From: an uncultured Gammaproteobacteria bacterium
Lineage (GTDB): Bacteria; Patescibacteriota; Microgenomatia; Levybacterales; GWA1-39-11
Length of the DNA stretch: 64,000 nt
Reading direction: 5' to 3'
Assembly (NCBI GenBank): GCA_964425075.1
Contig: CAYRKM010000001.1
Coordinates: forward strand, 459,060 to 523,059
Position 1 is the stretch's first letter; the number at the start of each line of letters is the position of its first letter. A program made the translations under genes and the position numbers. Below are positions 48,433-57,533 of this stretch, one piece after another. The notes below the pieces were generated by a model. The model was not told where the DNA came from and did not search any database. It was given only the letters and a program-made list of their open reading frames with translations.

Positions 48433-48987
48433 ATGACATTTAAAGAAACATTTGAAAAAGAAATAGTAAAAAGCCTTAAAGACAAAATGAAGGTTAATTC
48501 TACTATGGCTGTGCCTAGAGTTAAGAAAATAGTAGTAAATATGAGTTTGAAAGATTTTCTTAAAGACAAGAAAAATATAGAACGTGGTCTTGAGGATCTG
48601 ACTCTTATTACAGGACAAAAACCAAAAATTGCAAAAGCTAGAATTTCTATTGCAACTTTCAAACTTCGAGAGGGAGATAAGATTGGTATGGCAGTAACTT
48701 TAAGAGGACAGAGGATGTATGACTTTTTAGAAAAACTTATTAAAGTTGTATTTCCTCGTGTGAAAGATTTTAGTGGAGTAGACTTGAAAGCATTCGATGG
48801 AAGAGGTAATATATCCGTTGGCTTCGATGAGCATATTGTTTTCCCAGAAATCGATTCAGGAAAAGTAGATGTGTTGCGTTCTTTGCAGGTTACTATCGTA
48901 ACAAATGCACATGACGATGAAAAAGCAAAAATGTTATTAACAGAAATGGGACTACCATTTAAGAAAACCGGAGAAGTAAAAAACTAA
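48433..48987 (+). CDS. rplE: 50S ribosomal protein L5
   Basis: MAVPRVKKIVVNM and GDKIGMAVTLRG motifs. Confidence 0.9.
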   Translation: MTFKETFEKEIVKSLKDKMKVNSTMAVPRVKKIVVNMSLKDFLKDKKNIERGLEDLTLITGQKPKIAKARISIATFKLREGDKIGMAVTLRGQRMYDFLEKLIKVVFPRVKDFSGVDLKAFDGRGNISVGFDEHIVFPEIDSGKVDVLRSLQVTIVTNAHDDEKAKMLLTEMGLPFKKTGEVKN

Positions 48988-48990
48988 ATT

Positions 48991-49176
48991 ATGTCTAAAA
49001 AATCGACAGTTGTAAAACTAAGCAAAAAACAAAAATTCTCAACCCGAGAGGTAAATTTATGCGCTCTTTGTGGAAGAACACGAGGATACATGAGGTTATT
49101 TGGAATTTGTAGAATTTGTTTTAGAGAAAGGGCACTTAAAGGAGAATTTCCTGGAGTGAAGAAAGCGAGTTGGTAA
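48991..49176 (+). CDS. rpsZ: 30S ribosomal protein S14 type Z (zinc-binding)
   Basis: 61 aa with C-x2-C...C-x2-C ([10 protein letters not shown]...CRIC). Confidence 0.85.
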   Translation: MSKKSTVVKLSKKQKFSTREVNLCALCGRTRGYMRLFGICRICFRERALKGEFPGVKKASW

Positions 49177-49177
49177 T

Positions 49178-49567
49178 ATGACATATCCTGTTGCAAGCTT
49201 TTTAATACAAATAAAAAATGCCTATATGGCAAATAAAAATGAGATGGTCTTTCCTTATTCAAAGACCGTTCTTGCTATTGGAAAAATTTTAAAAGAAGAG
49301 GGGTACATTAAGGACGTAAAAGAAGCAAAAGATGAAAAACGAAATGTAGTAAAAGTTGAGCTTTTGTATCACGGAAATGATAAAGCAATGAGAGATGTAA
49401 AGATTATTTCAAAACCATCAATTCACAGATATATTGGAAAAAATGATGTTAAAAAAATTGTAAGTAGATTTGATTTGGCAATTCTTTCAACAAATCAAGG
49501 AATTATGTCAAACAGAAAAGCATTAAAACTTGGAGTAGGAGGAGAACTTTTAGCAAAAGTCAGTTAA
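49178..49567 (+). CDS. rpsH: 30S ribosomal protein S8
   Basis: Position and motifs (IKNAYMANK, ILKEEGYI, STNQGIMS). Confidence 0.85.
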   Translation: MTYPVASFLIQIKNAYMANKNEMVFPYSKTVLAIGKILKEEGYIKDVKEAKDEKRNVVKVELLYHGNDKAMRDVKIISKPSIHRYIGKNDVKKIVSRFDLAILSTNQGIMSNRKALKLGVGGELLAKVS

Positions 49568-49568
49568 T

Positions 49569-50111
49569 ATGTCAAACATAGGTAAATTACCAGTAACAAT
49601 TGAAGCAGGAGTCGAAGTCAAAAAAGATGGACGAGATCTTACAGTCAGTGGTCCTAAGGGCTCTCTTTTCTTAAAACTTCCTGCAGGAATAGATGTAATT
49701 GTTGCTGATGGTATTGCAACTGTTAAGAAAGAGCACGAAAGCAAGTATTTAGAGAAGTTTTATGGACTATCTCGCGCACTGCTTTCAAATATGGTGAAAG
49801 GTGTTTCAAAAGGATTTGAGAAAAAACTAGAACTTTCAGGAGTCGGATACAGAGCACGAGTTGATGGACACGACTTGATATTAAACGTTGGATATTCTCA
49901 TCCGGTGAAGATTATGGCGCCGGAGGACGTAACTTTTAAAGTAGAGGAAAATGTTATTACCGTTACAGGTGTAGATAAAAGAATTGTTGGAGATATAGCA
50001 GATAACATTAGAAAAGTAAGACCACCAGAGCCCTATAAAGGAAAGGGAATTAAATATGTAGGTGAGAAGATAAGACGCAAAGCAGGAAAGACAGCAAAGG
50101 CTGCAGCGTAG
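49569..50111 (+). CDS. rplF: 50S ribosomal protein L6
   Basis: [15 protein letters not shown], and a duplicated alpha/beta domain structure. Confidence 0.85.
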   Translation: MSNIGKLPVTIEAGVEVKKDGRDLTVSGPKGSLFLKLPAGIDVIVADGIATVKKEHESKYLEKFYGLSRALLSNMVKGVSKGFEKKLELSGVGYRARVDGHDLILNVGYSHPVKIMAPEDVTFKVEENVITVTGVDKRIVGDIADNIRKVRPPEPYKGKGIKYVGEKIRRKAGKTAKAAA

Positions 50112-50121
50112 GAGTAAAATT

Positions 50122-50472
50122 ATGAAAAAAGCAGTTTACAATAATTTAAAAACAAAAAGAAGAGTTACAAGAATTCGAAAGAAATTACTTGCTACCTCAA
50201 ACAGACCTAGACTTACTGTCTATCGTTCAAATGTGCATATATACGCTCAAATTATTGATGATAAAAAGGCTAATACGCTAGTTTCTGCTTCATCTAAAGA
50301 GATAAAGGCAACAAAGAAAATGGAACAAGCACAACAAGTTGGGTTATTAATTGCAAAGAAAGCAATTGATAAAAAAATAAAAGAGGTAGTATTTGATAAA
50401 GGTGCTTATAAATTTCATGGGAGGGTAAAAGCTCTTGCAGAAAGTGCACGAGAAGGAGGACTTCAATTCTAG
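50122..50472 (+). CDS. rplR: 50S ribosomal protein L18
   Basis: [16 protein letters not shown] motif, 116 aa. Confidence 0.85.
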   Translation: MKKAVYNNLKTKRRVTRIRKKLLATSNRPRLTVYRSNVHIYAQIIDDKKANTLVSASSKEIKATKKMEQAQQVGLLIAKKAIDKKIKEVVFDKGAYKFHGRVKALAESAREGGLQF

Positions 50473-50543
50473 GGGTCGCAAAATTGGATAAGCAAAGCTT
50501 GCGGACTTTGTCCTAAAGCAAGACTTGTCTACGAATTAAATTT

Positions 50544-50990
50544 ATGGATAACCAATACGACGAAAAAATTGTACAAGTAAATAGAGTTTCTAAAAAAACT
50601 AAAGGTGGAAATAAAATGAGATTTTCAGTTCTTGCTGTTGTTGGGGACCGAAATGGTAAAGTTGGTGTAGGTCTCGGAAAATCAGCAGATGTTGCATCAG
50701 CAATTGCAAAGGCTGTAAGTTACGCAAAAGGACATTTCATTACAGTACCTATTGTTAATGGAACAATTCCACAAGAAATTAGAGTAAAAGAAGGGGCTGC
50801 GGAAGTACTATTAAAACCTGCACCAAAAGGTTCAGGAATTATTGCTGGAGGAGCAGTGAGAAGTGTGGTTGAGGCAGCTGGAATTCACAATATATCATCA
50901 AAAATTTTGGGAACATCAAATAAAGGAAGCAATGTTCATGCAACATTTGCAGCGTTATTAGCATTAAGCAAAAGACAGACTGTAAAATAA
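50544..50990 (+). CDS. rpsE: 30S ribosomal protein S5
   Basis: V-RVSKKTKGG--MRFS-L-VVGD-NG-VG-G-GK motif. Confidence 0.9.
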   Translation: MDNQYDEKIVQVNRVSKKTKGGNKMRFSVLAVVGDRNGKVGVGLGKSADVASAIAKAVSYAKGHFITVPIVNGTIPQEIRVKEGAAEVLLKPAPKGSGIIAGGAVRSVVEAAGIHNISSKILGTSNKGSNVHATFAALLALSKRQTVK

Positions 50991-51008
50991 TATTTTTTCT
51001 TTAAAAAT

Positions 51009-51437
51009 ATGGAACTTAACAAAACAACAACCAAAAAACTAAGACGTCTTGGGCGTGGTTCTGGTTCGGGAAGAGGTAAAACTTCCGGACGAGGAACAAA
51101 AGGACAAAAAGCTAGACGAAATATTGCTCTAGGATTTGAAGGAGGAGCACTTCCTCTTATTAAGAGACTTCCTTTCATGCGAGGAAAGGGTCGCAATAAT
51201 TCCTTACAGGCAAAACCTGTTGTTATTAATGTAAAGGTTCTTGATCTTTTGCCTGCAAAAACTGTTGTTGATATTGAAGCATTAATAAAACATAATATAG
51301 TTGTCCCTTCCGAGGCAAAGAAATTTGGGGTAAAAATTCTAGGTGATGGTGAACTTTCAAAAGCACTTACTGTAAAATTACCTGTTACAAAGTCCGCAAG
51401 GAAAAAAATTGAAAAAGCCGGCGGAAGTGTTTCTTAG
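51009..51437 (+). CDS. rplO: 50S ribosomal protein L15
   Basis: LRRLGRGSGSGRGKTSGRG-KGQK-R motif. Follows rpsE directly, so rpmD (L30) is absent. Confidence 0.85.
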   Translation: MELNKTTTKKLRRLGRGSGSGRGKTSGRGTKGQKARRNIALGFEGGALPLIKRLPFMRGKGRNNSLQAKPVVINVKVLDLLPAKTVVDIEALIKHNIVVPSEAKKFGVKILGDGELSKALTVKLPVTKSARKKIEKAGGSVS

Positions 51438-51448
51438 CATATTCATTT

Positions 51449-52732
51449 ATGAGTAAAATCTTTAATGTCCTTAAGAAAATATTCAAAGACAAAGACTTAA
51501 GGAAAAAGGTACTCATAGTTTTAGCTCTTTTCCTCGTTTTCCGATTCTTTGCGCACATTCCTGTTTCTGGTGTAAATCTTGCGCAATTAAAATCTCTTTT
51601 CGAACAAAATCAATTCTTGGGTCTTATCAATCTCTTGGGTGGAGGTACACTTGCCAACTTCTCAATTCTTGCAGTTGGAATCGGGCCATACATCTATGCG
51701 TCAATCGTGATGCAACTCGCAACTCAAATTTATCCAAAACTTGAAGAACTTCAAAAAGAGGGTGGATATGGAAGGCAGAAAATCAATCAATACACACGCT
51801 ACATCACTCTTCCCTTAGGAGTTTTGCAATCAATTGGAATGTATGCTCTTTTAAGGAGTCAGGGGCTTATTGCAAATCTGGGTCCTTTCGAGTTGGTAAC
51901 ATTTGTTGCAACATTGGTTGCGGGAACTATGCTTGTGCTTTGGCTTGGAGAGCTTATTTCAGAACAAAATATTGGAAACGGTATATCTTTAATTATCTTT
52001 GCAGGTATTGTTGGGCAACTTCCAATTGCGCTTATTCAAGCGGTATCAACCGTAACTCCAGATCAAATTATGAATATGGGACTACTTGCAGCTGCAGGAG
52101 TTTTAATGATTGCGGCAATTGTATTTGTAACAGAGGCTGTTAGAAAAGTACCAGTAATGTACGCAAGACGTATAAGGGGAGGAAGAAGTGAAACTGCGCA
52201 GCAAACATTCCTACCACTTAGACTAAATTCAGCAGGGGTTGTGCCAATTATTTTTGCAGTTTCTATTGTTCTTCTTCCATCATTAGTTTCAAATTATCTT
52301 ATTGCAGCAAAAAACCCAAACTTCGCGTCAATTGGACAATTTTTAGCAGCCAATTTTTCAACCACAAGCGTTGCATATAACGTTGTCTACTTTTTATTGA
52401 TTTTCGGATTTACATATTTTTATACTGCAATTGTTTTCCAACCACAGAAAGTATCAGAAGATATTCAAGAAAATGGGGGGTTCATCCCAGGTATTCGTCC
52501 AGGTAAACCTACTGCAAGTTACCTTAATTTTATTGTTACAAGAATCACTTTGGTAGGAGGATTGTTCTTGGGAATTGTTGCGATAGTCCCAAACATATTG
52601 CAATCCCTTACAGGTATTCAAGCATTAATCGTTGGAGGAACAAGTATTTTAATTGTTGTGTCAGTTGTTATAGAGAGTGTTAAAATTTTCCAAACTCAAT
52701 TAGTTACACGTTCTTACGATAGGTTTCTATGA
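51449..52732 (+). CDS. secY: preprotein translocase subunit SecY
   Basis: 427 aa and 10 TM helices, with conserved GI-PYI-ASI---L and GTS-LI motifs. Confidence 0.9.
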   Translation: MSKIFNVLKKIFKDKDLRKKVLIVLALFLVFRFFAHIPVSGVNLAQLKSLFEQNQFLGLINLLGGGTLANFSILAVGIGPYIYASIVMQLATQIYPKLEELQKEGGYGRQKINQYTRYITLPLGVLQSIGMYALLRSQGLIANLGPFELVTFVATLVAGTMLVLWLGELISEQNIGNGISLIIFAGIVGQLPIALIQAVSTVTPDQIMNMGLLAAAGVLMIAAIVFVTEAVRKVPVMYARRIRGGRSETAQQTFLPLRLNSAGVVPIIFAVSIVLLPSLVSNYLIAAKNPNFASIGQFLAANFSTTSVAYNVVYFLLIFGFTYFYTAIVFQPQKVSEDIQENGGFIPGIRPGKPTASYLNFIVTRITLVGGLFLGIVAIVPNILQSLTGIQALIVGGTSILIVVSVVIESVKIFQTQLVTRSYDRFL

Positions 52733-52793
52733 TGTACTCAGCATATGAGCGTGAGCGAAATATAATTTCCAAAATTATGAATATATATCTTAA

Positions 52794-52853
52794 TTATACC
52801 GTTAACCCTTGGGTCGAATACCAACTGGCATTCTCCCCAGAGACTCCCGGTAT
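52794..52853. repeat. intergenic repeat family B, copy 3
   Basis: ataccgttaacccttgggtcgaataccaactggcattctccccagagactcccggtat. Shares the loop motif (a)ccaactggca and the terminal taccg...cggtat. Confidence 0.5.
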
Positions 52854-52898
52854 CTTTCGCAACCAAGGACTTTTACTACAAAAGGGGGTATGCGAAAG

Positions 52899-53435
52899 AT
52901 GAAAATTATATTAATTGGTATTCAAGGTAGTGGGAAATCAACGCAGGGCAATTTATTATCTCAAAAACTTAATATTCCTTATCTTTCAACCGGCCATATT
53001 TTTCGTGAAATGGCAAAGGAGAAAACCCCAATGGGAAGATATATTAAAGAAACAATCAATGCTGGCGTTCTAATCCCTGATGAGAAAACTCTTCCAATAG
53101 TAACCGAATATTTATCACGTTCTGAATACAAAAACGGATATATCCTTGACGGTTTTCCAAGGACAGTAATTCAGGCTGAAGAGTTTGTGAACGGAATTAA
53201 TTATGTTGTTTACCTTAATGTTTCTGACAGGGAGGCATTGTGGAGGCTTTCTTACAGGGAAGACGAAAGGGAAGATGAAACATTACTAGCATTAAGGAAA
53301 AGAATTGAAATGTTTCATGAATTTACCAAACCAGTCCTTGAATATTATCGAGAAAAAGGCATTCTTGTTGAAATAAATGGAGAGAAGGAAATTCAAGAAA
53401 TTCACGAAGAAATACTAAGAAACATACAAAAGTAG
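52899..53435 (+). CDS. adk: adenylate kinase
   Basis: MKIILIGIQGSGKSTQG P-loop, NMP-binding GHIFRE, and a short LID. The tracked ORF (52809) extends over repeat B3. ATG 52899 has an appropriately spaced AAGGGGG SD. Confidence 0.85.
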   Translation: MKIILIGIQGSGKSTQGNLLSQKLNIPYLSTGHIFREMAKEKTPMGRYIKETINAGVLIPDEKTLPIVTEYLSRSEYKNGYILDGFPRTVIQAEEFVNGINYVVYLNVSDREALWRLSYREDEREDETLLALRKRIEMFHEFTKPVLEYYREKGILVEINGEKEIQEIHEEILRNIQK

Positions 53436-53440
53436 ATCTT

Positions 53441-54007
53441 GTGAAGAAAAGATACATCATAGGAATATCTGGAGCATTTGGTAGCGGAAAATCAACTGCA
53501 GCAGATTATTTTGAAACCAAAGGATATAAAAAAATTTACCTTTCCTCTTTCCTCGAAAAAGAAGCTCTCAAACGCAAACTTCCCTTAACTAGAAAAATCC
53601 TTCAAGATATTGGAAATGAATTTCGAGAAAGAAATGGTTCAGGCGTACTTATGAAGAAAGCCTTAACAAGGCTTAAAAATAATGAAAAAATAGTAATTGA
53701 CGGAATAAGAAATCTTGGAGAAATAGAGGAATTAAGAAAAGTTAAGAATAGTATTATTGTTGGGATTGTTGCAGACAGAAACATTAGATTTGATCGTTTG
53801 AAGAAATTAAAAAGAAGGGAAAAGCTTAACGAAGAGTTGTTTTACAAATTAGACTTGCGTGATTTGGGCGTAGGTGAGAAAATAACTGGTCTTCAAACTG
53901 CAATCTGCATTGCTCTTGCTGATGTTTATATAGATAGCAATGGTAAGTTTGAGGACTTTTACGAAAAATTAGACAAATTTTTACGAGGTTACGAAAAGGC
54001 ATATTAA
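53441..54007 (+). CDS. P-loop nucleotide kinase, dephospho-CoA kinase (CoaE)-like
   Basis: GTG start. IGISGAFGSGKSTAA P-loop as in CoaE and related NMP kinases. 188 aa. Confidence 0.5.
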   Translation: MKKRYIIGISGAFGSGKSTAADYFETKGYKKIYLSSFLEKEALKRKLPLTRKILQDIGNEFRERNGSGVLMKKALTRLKNNEKIVIDGIRNLGEIEELRKVKNSIIVGIVADRNIRFDRLKKLKRREKLNEELFYKLDLRDLGVGEKITGLQTAICIALADVYIDSNGKFEDFYEKLDKFLRGYEKAY

Positions 54008-54020
54008 ACTTTAAACAACT

Positions 54021-54701
54021 ATGAAAAACAGTTTACAAATAGCAATTGATGGACCAGTGGGTTCCGGAAAAGGAACACTAGCTGTAGCTTTGGCTGGAAG
54101 GTTGGATGCTATACACATATATACAGGGGGAATGTATAGGGCCTTAGCACTTGCATGTCTTCGCAAAAATATAGATATCCACAATAATAAAGAGGTCCTG
54201 CAGGTTCTAATGGAAATAGAGATTGGTATGAAAGTGGGAGCGGATTCTCATACTCGAATTATTTTAGATAATGAAGATATTACTGATGAAATTTTTTATC
54301 CTCAAGTAAGCAACATTACTCCAATTACTTCTGCATATCCTGATGTTCGCGAAGAAATGGTTAAAAGGCAAAAAGCGCTTGCTATGGGAAGGCGCGTGGT
54401 TATGGAGGGTAGAGATATTACAACAGTTGTTCTACCAAATGCTGATCTTAAGGTTTTTTTAACTGCTGATATTGATATTAGAGCCCAGAGAAGATGGAAT
54501 CAATTAAAAGAAAAAGAAGTCACAATTGATTTTGAAAATGTAAAAAAAGATATTGAGAAACGCGATAATGCTGATAGCAAAAGAGATACATCCCCATTGC
54601 TGCAAGCAGAGGATGCCTTCATCATTGATACATCTCATGATACTATTGAGGAAACCGTTGAAAAAGTAGTAGGAGAGCTTCAAAGGAGAGATCTTATATG
54701 A
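54021..54701 (+). CDS. cmk: cytidylate kinase
   Basis: IAIDGPVGSGKGTLA start and Cmk-type insert/LID (GRDITTVV). Confidence 0.8.
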   Translation: MKNSLQIAIDGPVGSGKGTLAVALAGRLDAIHIYTGGMYRALALACLRKNIDIHNNKEVLQVLMEIEIGMKVGADSHTRIILDNEDITDEIFYPQVSNITPITSAYPDVREEMVKRQKALAMGRRVVMEGRDITTVVLPNADLKVFLTADIDIRAQRRWNQLKEKEVTIDFENVKKDIEKRDNADSKRDTSPLLQAEDAFIIDTSHDTIEETVEKVVGELQRRDLI

Positions 54702-55471
54702 TTAACGACAAGACTAGAAAAAAAATTGAGGTCATGCGTGAAGCTGGAAAAATTCTTGGCGAGGTTTTGTTTGAAGTAATGAATGCAATAAAACCAGGAG
54801 TAACCGAAATTGAGCTTGATAAACTTGCTGAACGTCTAATTTTAGAAAAAGGGGCAGAACCGGGATTTAAAAAGGTTGATGGGTACGAGCATTCTATTTG
54901 TGTATCTACGAATGACGTTGTCGTTCATGGAATTCCAAAAGATAGAGAGTTGAAAAATGGAGATATTATCGGTGTTGATTGTGGAGTTTATCTAAATGGA
55001 TATCATACTGATATGGCTGAAACCAAAATTGTGGGTGAAACAAGCAATCCTGAAGTAGTGCGTTTTGTAGAGGCTGGCAAAAAGGCTATGTTTGCAGGTA
55101 TTCGTCAGGCAAAAGTTGGACGTCGAGTTGGGCACATTTCTCAAGCAATGCAGGAAGTAATGGAGGGAAGTGGGTACTCTGTAGTAAAAAGTCTGGTGGG
55201 TCATGGAGTAGGAAAAGAGCTTCACGAAGAGCCTGAAATCCCAGGATATTTGGAAAAAGAGCTTCGAAAAACCCCAATTTTAGAAGATGGAATGACCCTA
55301 GCAATTGAGGCTATTTATAATATGGGTAAGGCTGGGGTAGTATATGAGGGAAGCGATGATTGGACGATTTCTTCCTCTGACGGAAGTCTTGCTGGGCTTT
55401 GCGAAAGAACTATTTTAATAACACCTGATGGTCCTGAGCTTATTACATATTTCCCCGGAGAGACAATTTAA
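54698..55471 (+). CDS. map: methionine aminopeptidase type I
   Basis: M24A pita-bread fold with metal-ligand-containing blocks (VHGIP, GDIIGVDCG, GYHTDMAET, HGVGKELHEEP, LAIEAI). Confidence 0.88.
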   Translation: MINDKTRKKIEVMREAGKILGEVLFEVMNAIKPGVTEIELDKLAERLILEKGAEPGFKKVDGYEHSICVSTNDVVVHGIPKDRELKNGDIIGVDCGVYLNGYHTDMAETKIVGETSNPEVVRFVEAGKKAMFAGIRQAKVGRRVGHISQAMQEVMEGSGYSVVKSLVGHGVGKELHEEPEIPGYLEKELRKTPILEDGMTLAIEAIYNMGKAGVVYEGSDDWTISSSDGSLAGLCERTILITPDGPELITYFPGETI

Positions 55472-55607
55472 TCCTAGCCTTGAATAGCTTCAAGATTTCT
55501 GGTAGAATAGCATGTAATTGTTTTGCGTTGAGGCTTACTTTAATGTATAATACTTCAGCCTAAAAACAATTTTTTTGTATGGCGCTGGATATGAAAATAT
55601 TCAAGCC

Positions 55608-55715
55608 ATATGAAGAATGATTATACCGCAAGGTATATGAAGAATGATTATACCGCAAGGTATATGAAGAATGATTATGCCGCAAGGCATATGAAGGATG
55701 ATTATGGCGCATCAA
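55608..55715 (+). repeat. 27-bp tandem repeat (3 copies + parental copy) duplicating the infA start-codon region
   Basis: (c/t)atatgaagaatgattataccgcaagg x3, then catatgaaggatgattatggcgcatcaaggg, which contains the infA ATG. Confidence 0.6.
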
Positions 55716-55922
55716 GGGTCGATAGAAATAGACGGAGTAGTTCGCGAGGTATTACCAAATACATTATTTAGGGTTGAATTAGAAGGAGGAAAGGTAATAC
55801 TGTGTCACTTATCGGGGAAGATGAGGATTTATTTTATAAAAATAATGCCAGGAGATAAGGTAAAAGTAGAAATGACCCCCTATGATACCGAGCGAGGAAG
55901 GATAACATATCGTTACCGTTAG
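55698..55922 (+). CDS. infA: translation initiation factor IF-1
   Basis: 74 aa with the S1-like OB fold (G-V-E-LPN--FRVELE-G--V--H-SGKMR...GD-V-VE-TPYD---GRI). Confidence 0.88.
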   Translation: MIMAHQGSIEIDGVVREVLPNTLFRVELEGGKVILCHLSGKMRIYFIKIMPGDKVKVEMTPYDTERGRITYRYR

Positions 55923-55977
55923 CAAAAGCTTAAGGGTAAGGTTTCCTACCGCTAAGTTTTTTATCTCAAAATAAATT

Positions 55978-56370
55978 ATGCGTGTTGCAGGTGTAAATAT
56001 ACCAGAACAAAAAAGAGTCGATAGGGCTTTAGCCTACATCTATGGTATTGGTCCAAGCAATGTACTTGAAGTACTAAAAACAGCTGGAATTGATGCTTCA
56101 AGACGACTTAAAGACTTAACAGAGGATGAAGTGGTTAGGGTTCAGAAAGCAATTGAGGTTATCAAAACTGAGGGAGATCTTCGGGCCGAAGTTATAGGAA
56201 ACATTAAAAGACTTAAAGAAATTAGTGCCTACAGAGGGATTAGACATGCAAGAAATCTTCCTTCAAAAGGACAAAGAACAAGAAGCAACGCTCGTACTAA
56301 AAGAGGAAAAAGAGTCACTATTGGTGCAATTAAGAAAGAAATGGCTGAAAAAATGGCAGCAGCCAAGTAG
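55978..56370 (+). CDS. rpsM: 30S ribosomal protein S13
   Basis: MRVAGVNIP--K-V--AL--IYGIG start, 130 aa. Confidence 0.9.
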   Translation: MRVAGVNIPEQKRVDRALAYIYGIGPSNVLEVLKTAGIDASRRLKDLTEDEVVRVQKAIEVIKTEGDLRAEVIGNIKRLKEISAYRGIRHARNLPSKGQRTRSNARTKRGKRVTIGAIKKEMAEKMAAAK

Positions 56371-56375
56371 GTATT

Positions 56376-56434
56376 TATACCGACAACTCTTGTTCAAATA
56401 GCCAACTGGCAATTTGAACTGAGACTCTCGGTAT
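56376..56434. repeat. intergenic repeat family B, copy 4
   Basis: ataccgacaactcttgttcaaatagccaactggcaatttgaactgagactctcggtat. Inner stem gttcaaat/atttgaac co-varies relative to B2. Confidence 0.55.
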
Positions 56435-56474
56435 ATTTAAAAAAAAGGACTTTTATTTATAAAATTTTTTAAAT

Positions 56475-56864
56475 ATGGCAAAAAAAGTAGTAGCTAAAAA
56501 ACAAAGACCAACAATTACAACCGGTAACGGTAAATTATTTGTATCAACTACATTTAATAATACAATTGTTACTATCACTAACGAAAAAGGAGATGCTATA
56601 GCATGGAGTTCTGCAGGAAATGCTGGATTTAAAGGAACTCGAAAATCTACTCCATTTGCAGCCACATCTGCAGTTGAGGAAGCTATAAAGAAAGCAAAAG
56701 AAATTGGCGTTAATTCGGTTGAGGTATTTATTAAAGGACCAGGAGTTGGACGGGATGCATCACTACGAGCTATAAGAAACTCAGGTCTTTCTATTTCTAT
56801 GATTGCTGATGTAACTCCCATTCCACATAATGGGCCACAAGCAAAGAAAAAAAGGAGAGCATAA
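56475..56864 (+). CDS. rpsK: 30S ribosomal protein S11
   Basis: V-I--TFNNTIVTIT---G-A--WSSAG--GFKG-RKSTPFAA motif. Confidence 0.9.
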   Translation: MAKKVVAKKQRPTITTGNGKLFVSTTFNNTIVTITNEKGDAIAWSSAGNAGFKGTRKSTPFAATSAVEEAIKKAKEIGVNSVEVFIKGPGVGRDASLRAIRNSGLSISMIADVTPIPHNGPQAKKKRRA

Positions 56865-56877
56865 ACATTAAGTAAAT

Positions 56878-57483
56878 ATGGCAAGATATACAGGTCCAAA
56901 ACATAGACTAGCAAGACGAGAAGGAGTTAATATCCTTGAGAAAACCTCGGCAACGCTAGAGAGAAGACTCAATATTCCTCCTGGAGTACACGGACGACGT
57001 GGACGAAGAAAGGCTTCGGAGTACGCTTTGCAGTTAAGGGAAAAACAACAACTAAAGCGTTCATATGGTCTTCTTGAAAGACAATTTAGAAAATATGTGG
57101 AAATGGCACAGAAAAGCACAAGTTCTACAGATGAAGTGCTTATTCAACTCCTTGAATCTCGTTTGGACAACGTAGTGTATCGACTTGGTCTTGCAAAATC
57201 CCGCACTATGGCGCGCCAATTAGTAACTCATGGACACGTTTTGGTTGATGGTAAAAAACTAACGATTCCTTCTTATCAAGTACAAATTGGAGAAAAGATT
57301 TCTCTTTCAGGAAAAATCCTTAAGAACGAGGATTTGAAGCTACATATAGAAACAACAGAACCAAATATTCTTCCCTATTTTGAGCGAAAAAATGCTATTG
57401 GGAAGCTTAAAAGTGTTCCAAAAAGAGACCAAGTACCCAATCCGTCTGATTATCAATTGGTTATTGAATTCTACTCAAGATAG
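56878..57483 (+). CDS. rpsD: 30S ribosomal protein S4
   Basis: MARYTGPK-RL-RREG start and S4 domain (LESRLDNVVYRLG-A-SR--ARQLV-HGH). Confidence 0.9.
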   Translation: MARYTGPKHRLARREGVNILEKTSATLERRLNIPPGVHGRRGRRKASEYALQLREKQQLKRSYGLLERQFRKYVEMAQKSTSSTDEVLIQLLESRLDNVVYRLGLAKSRTMARQLVTHGHVLVDGKKLTIPSYQVQIGEKISLSGKILKNEDLKLHIETTEPNILPYFERKNAIGKLKSVPKRDQVPNPSDYQLVIEFYSR

Positions 57484-57533
57484 TAGTAAAATATACTTTT
57501 GTTGTGAGCTCTTCTTCGGAAGAGCATTATATT

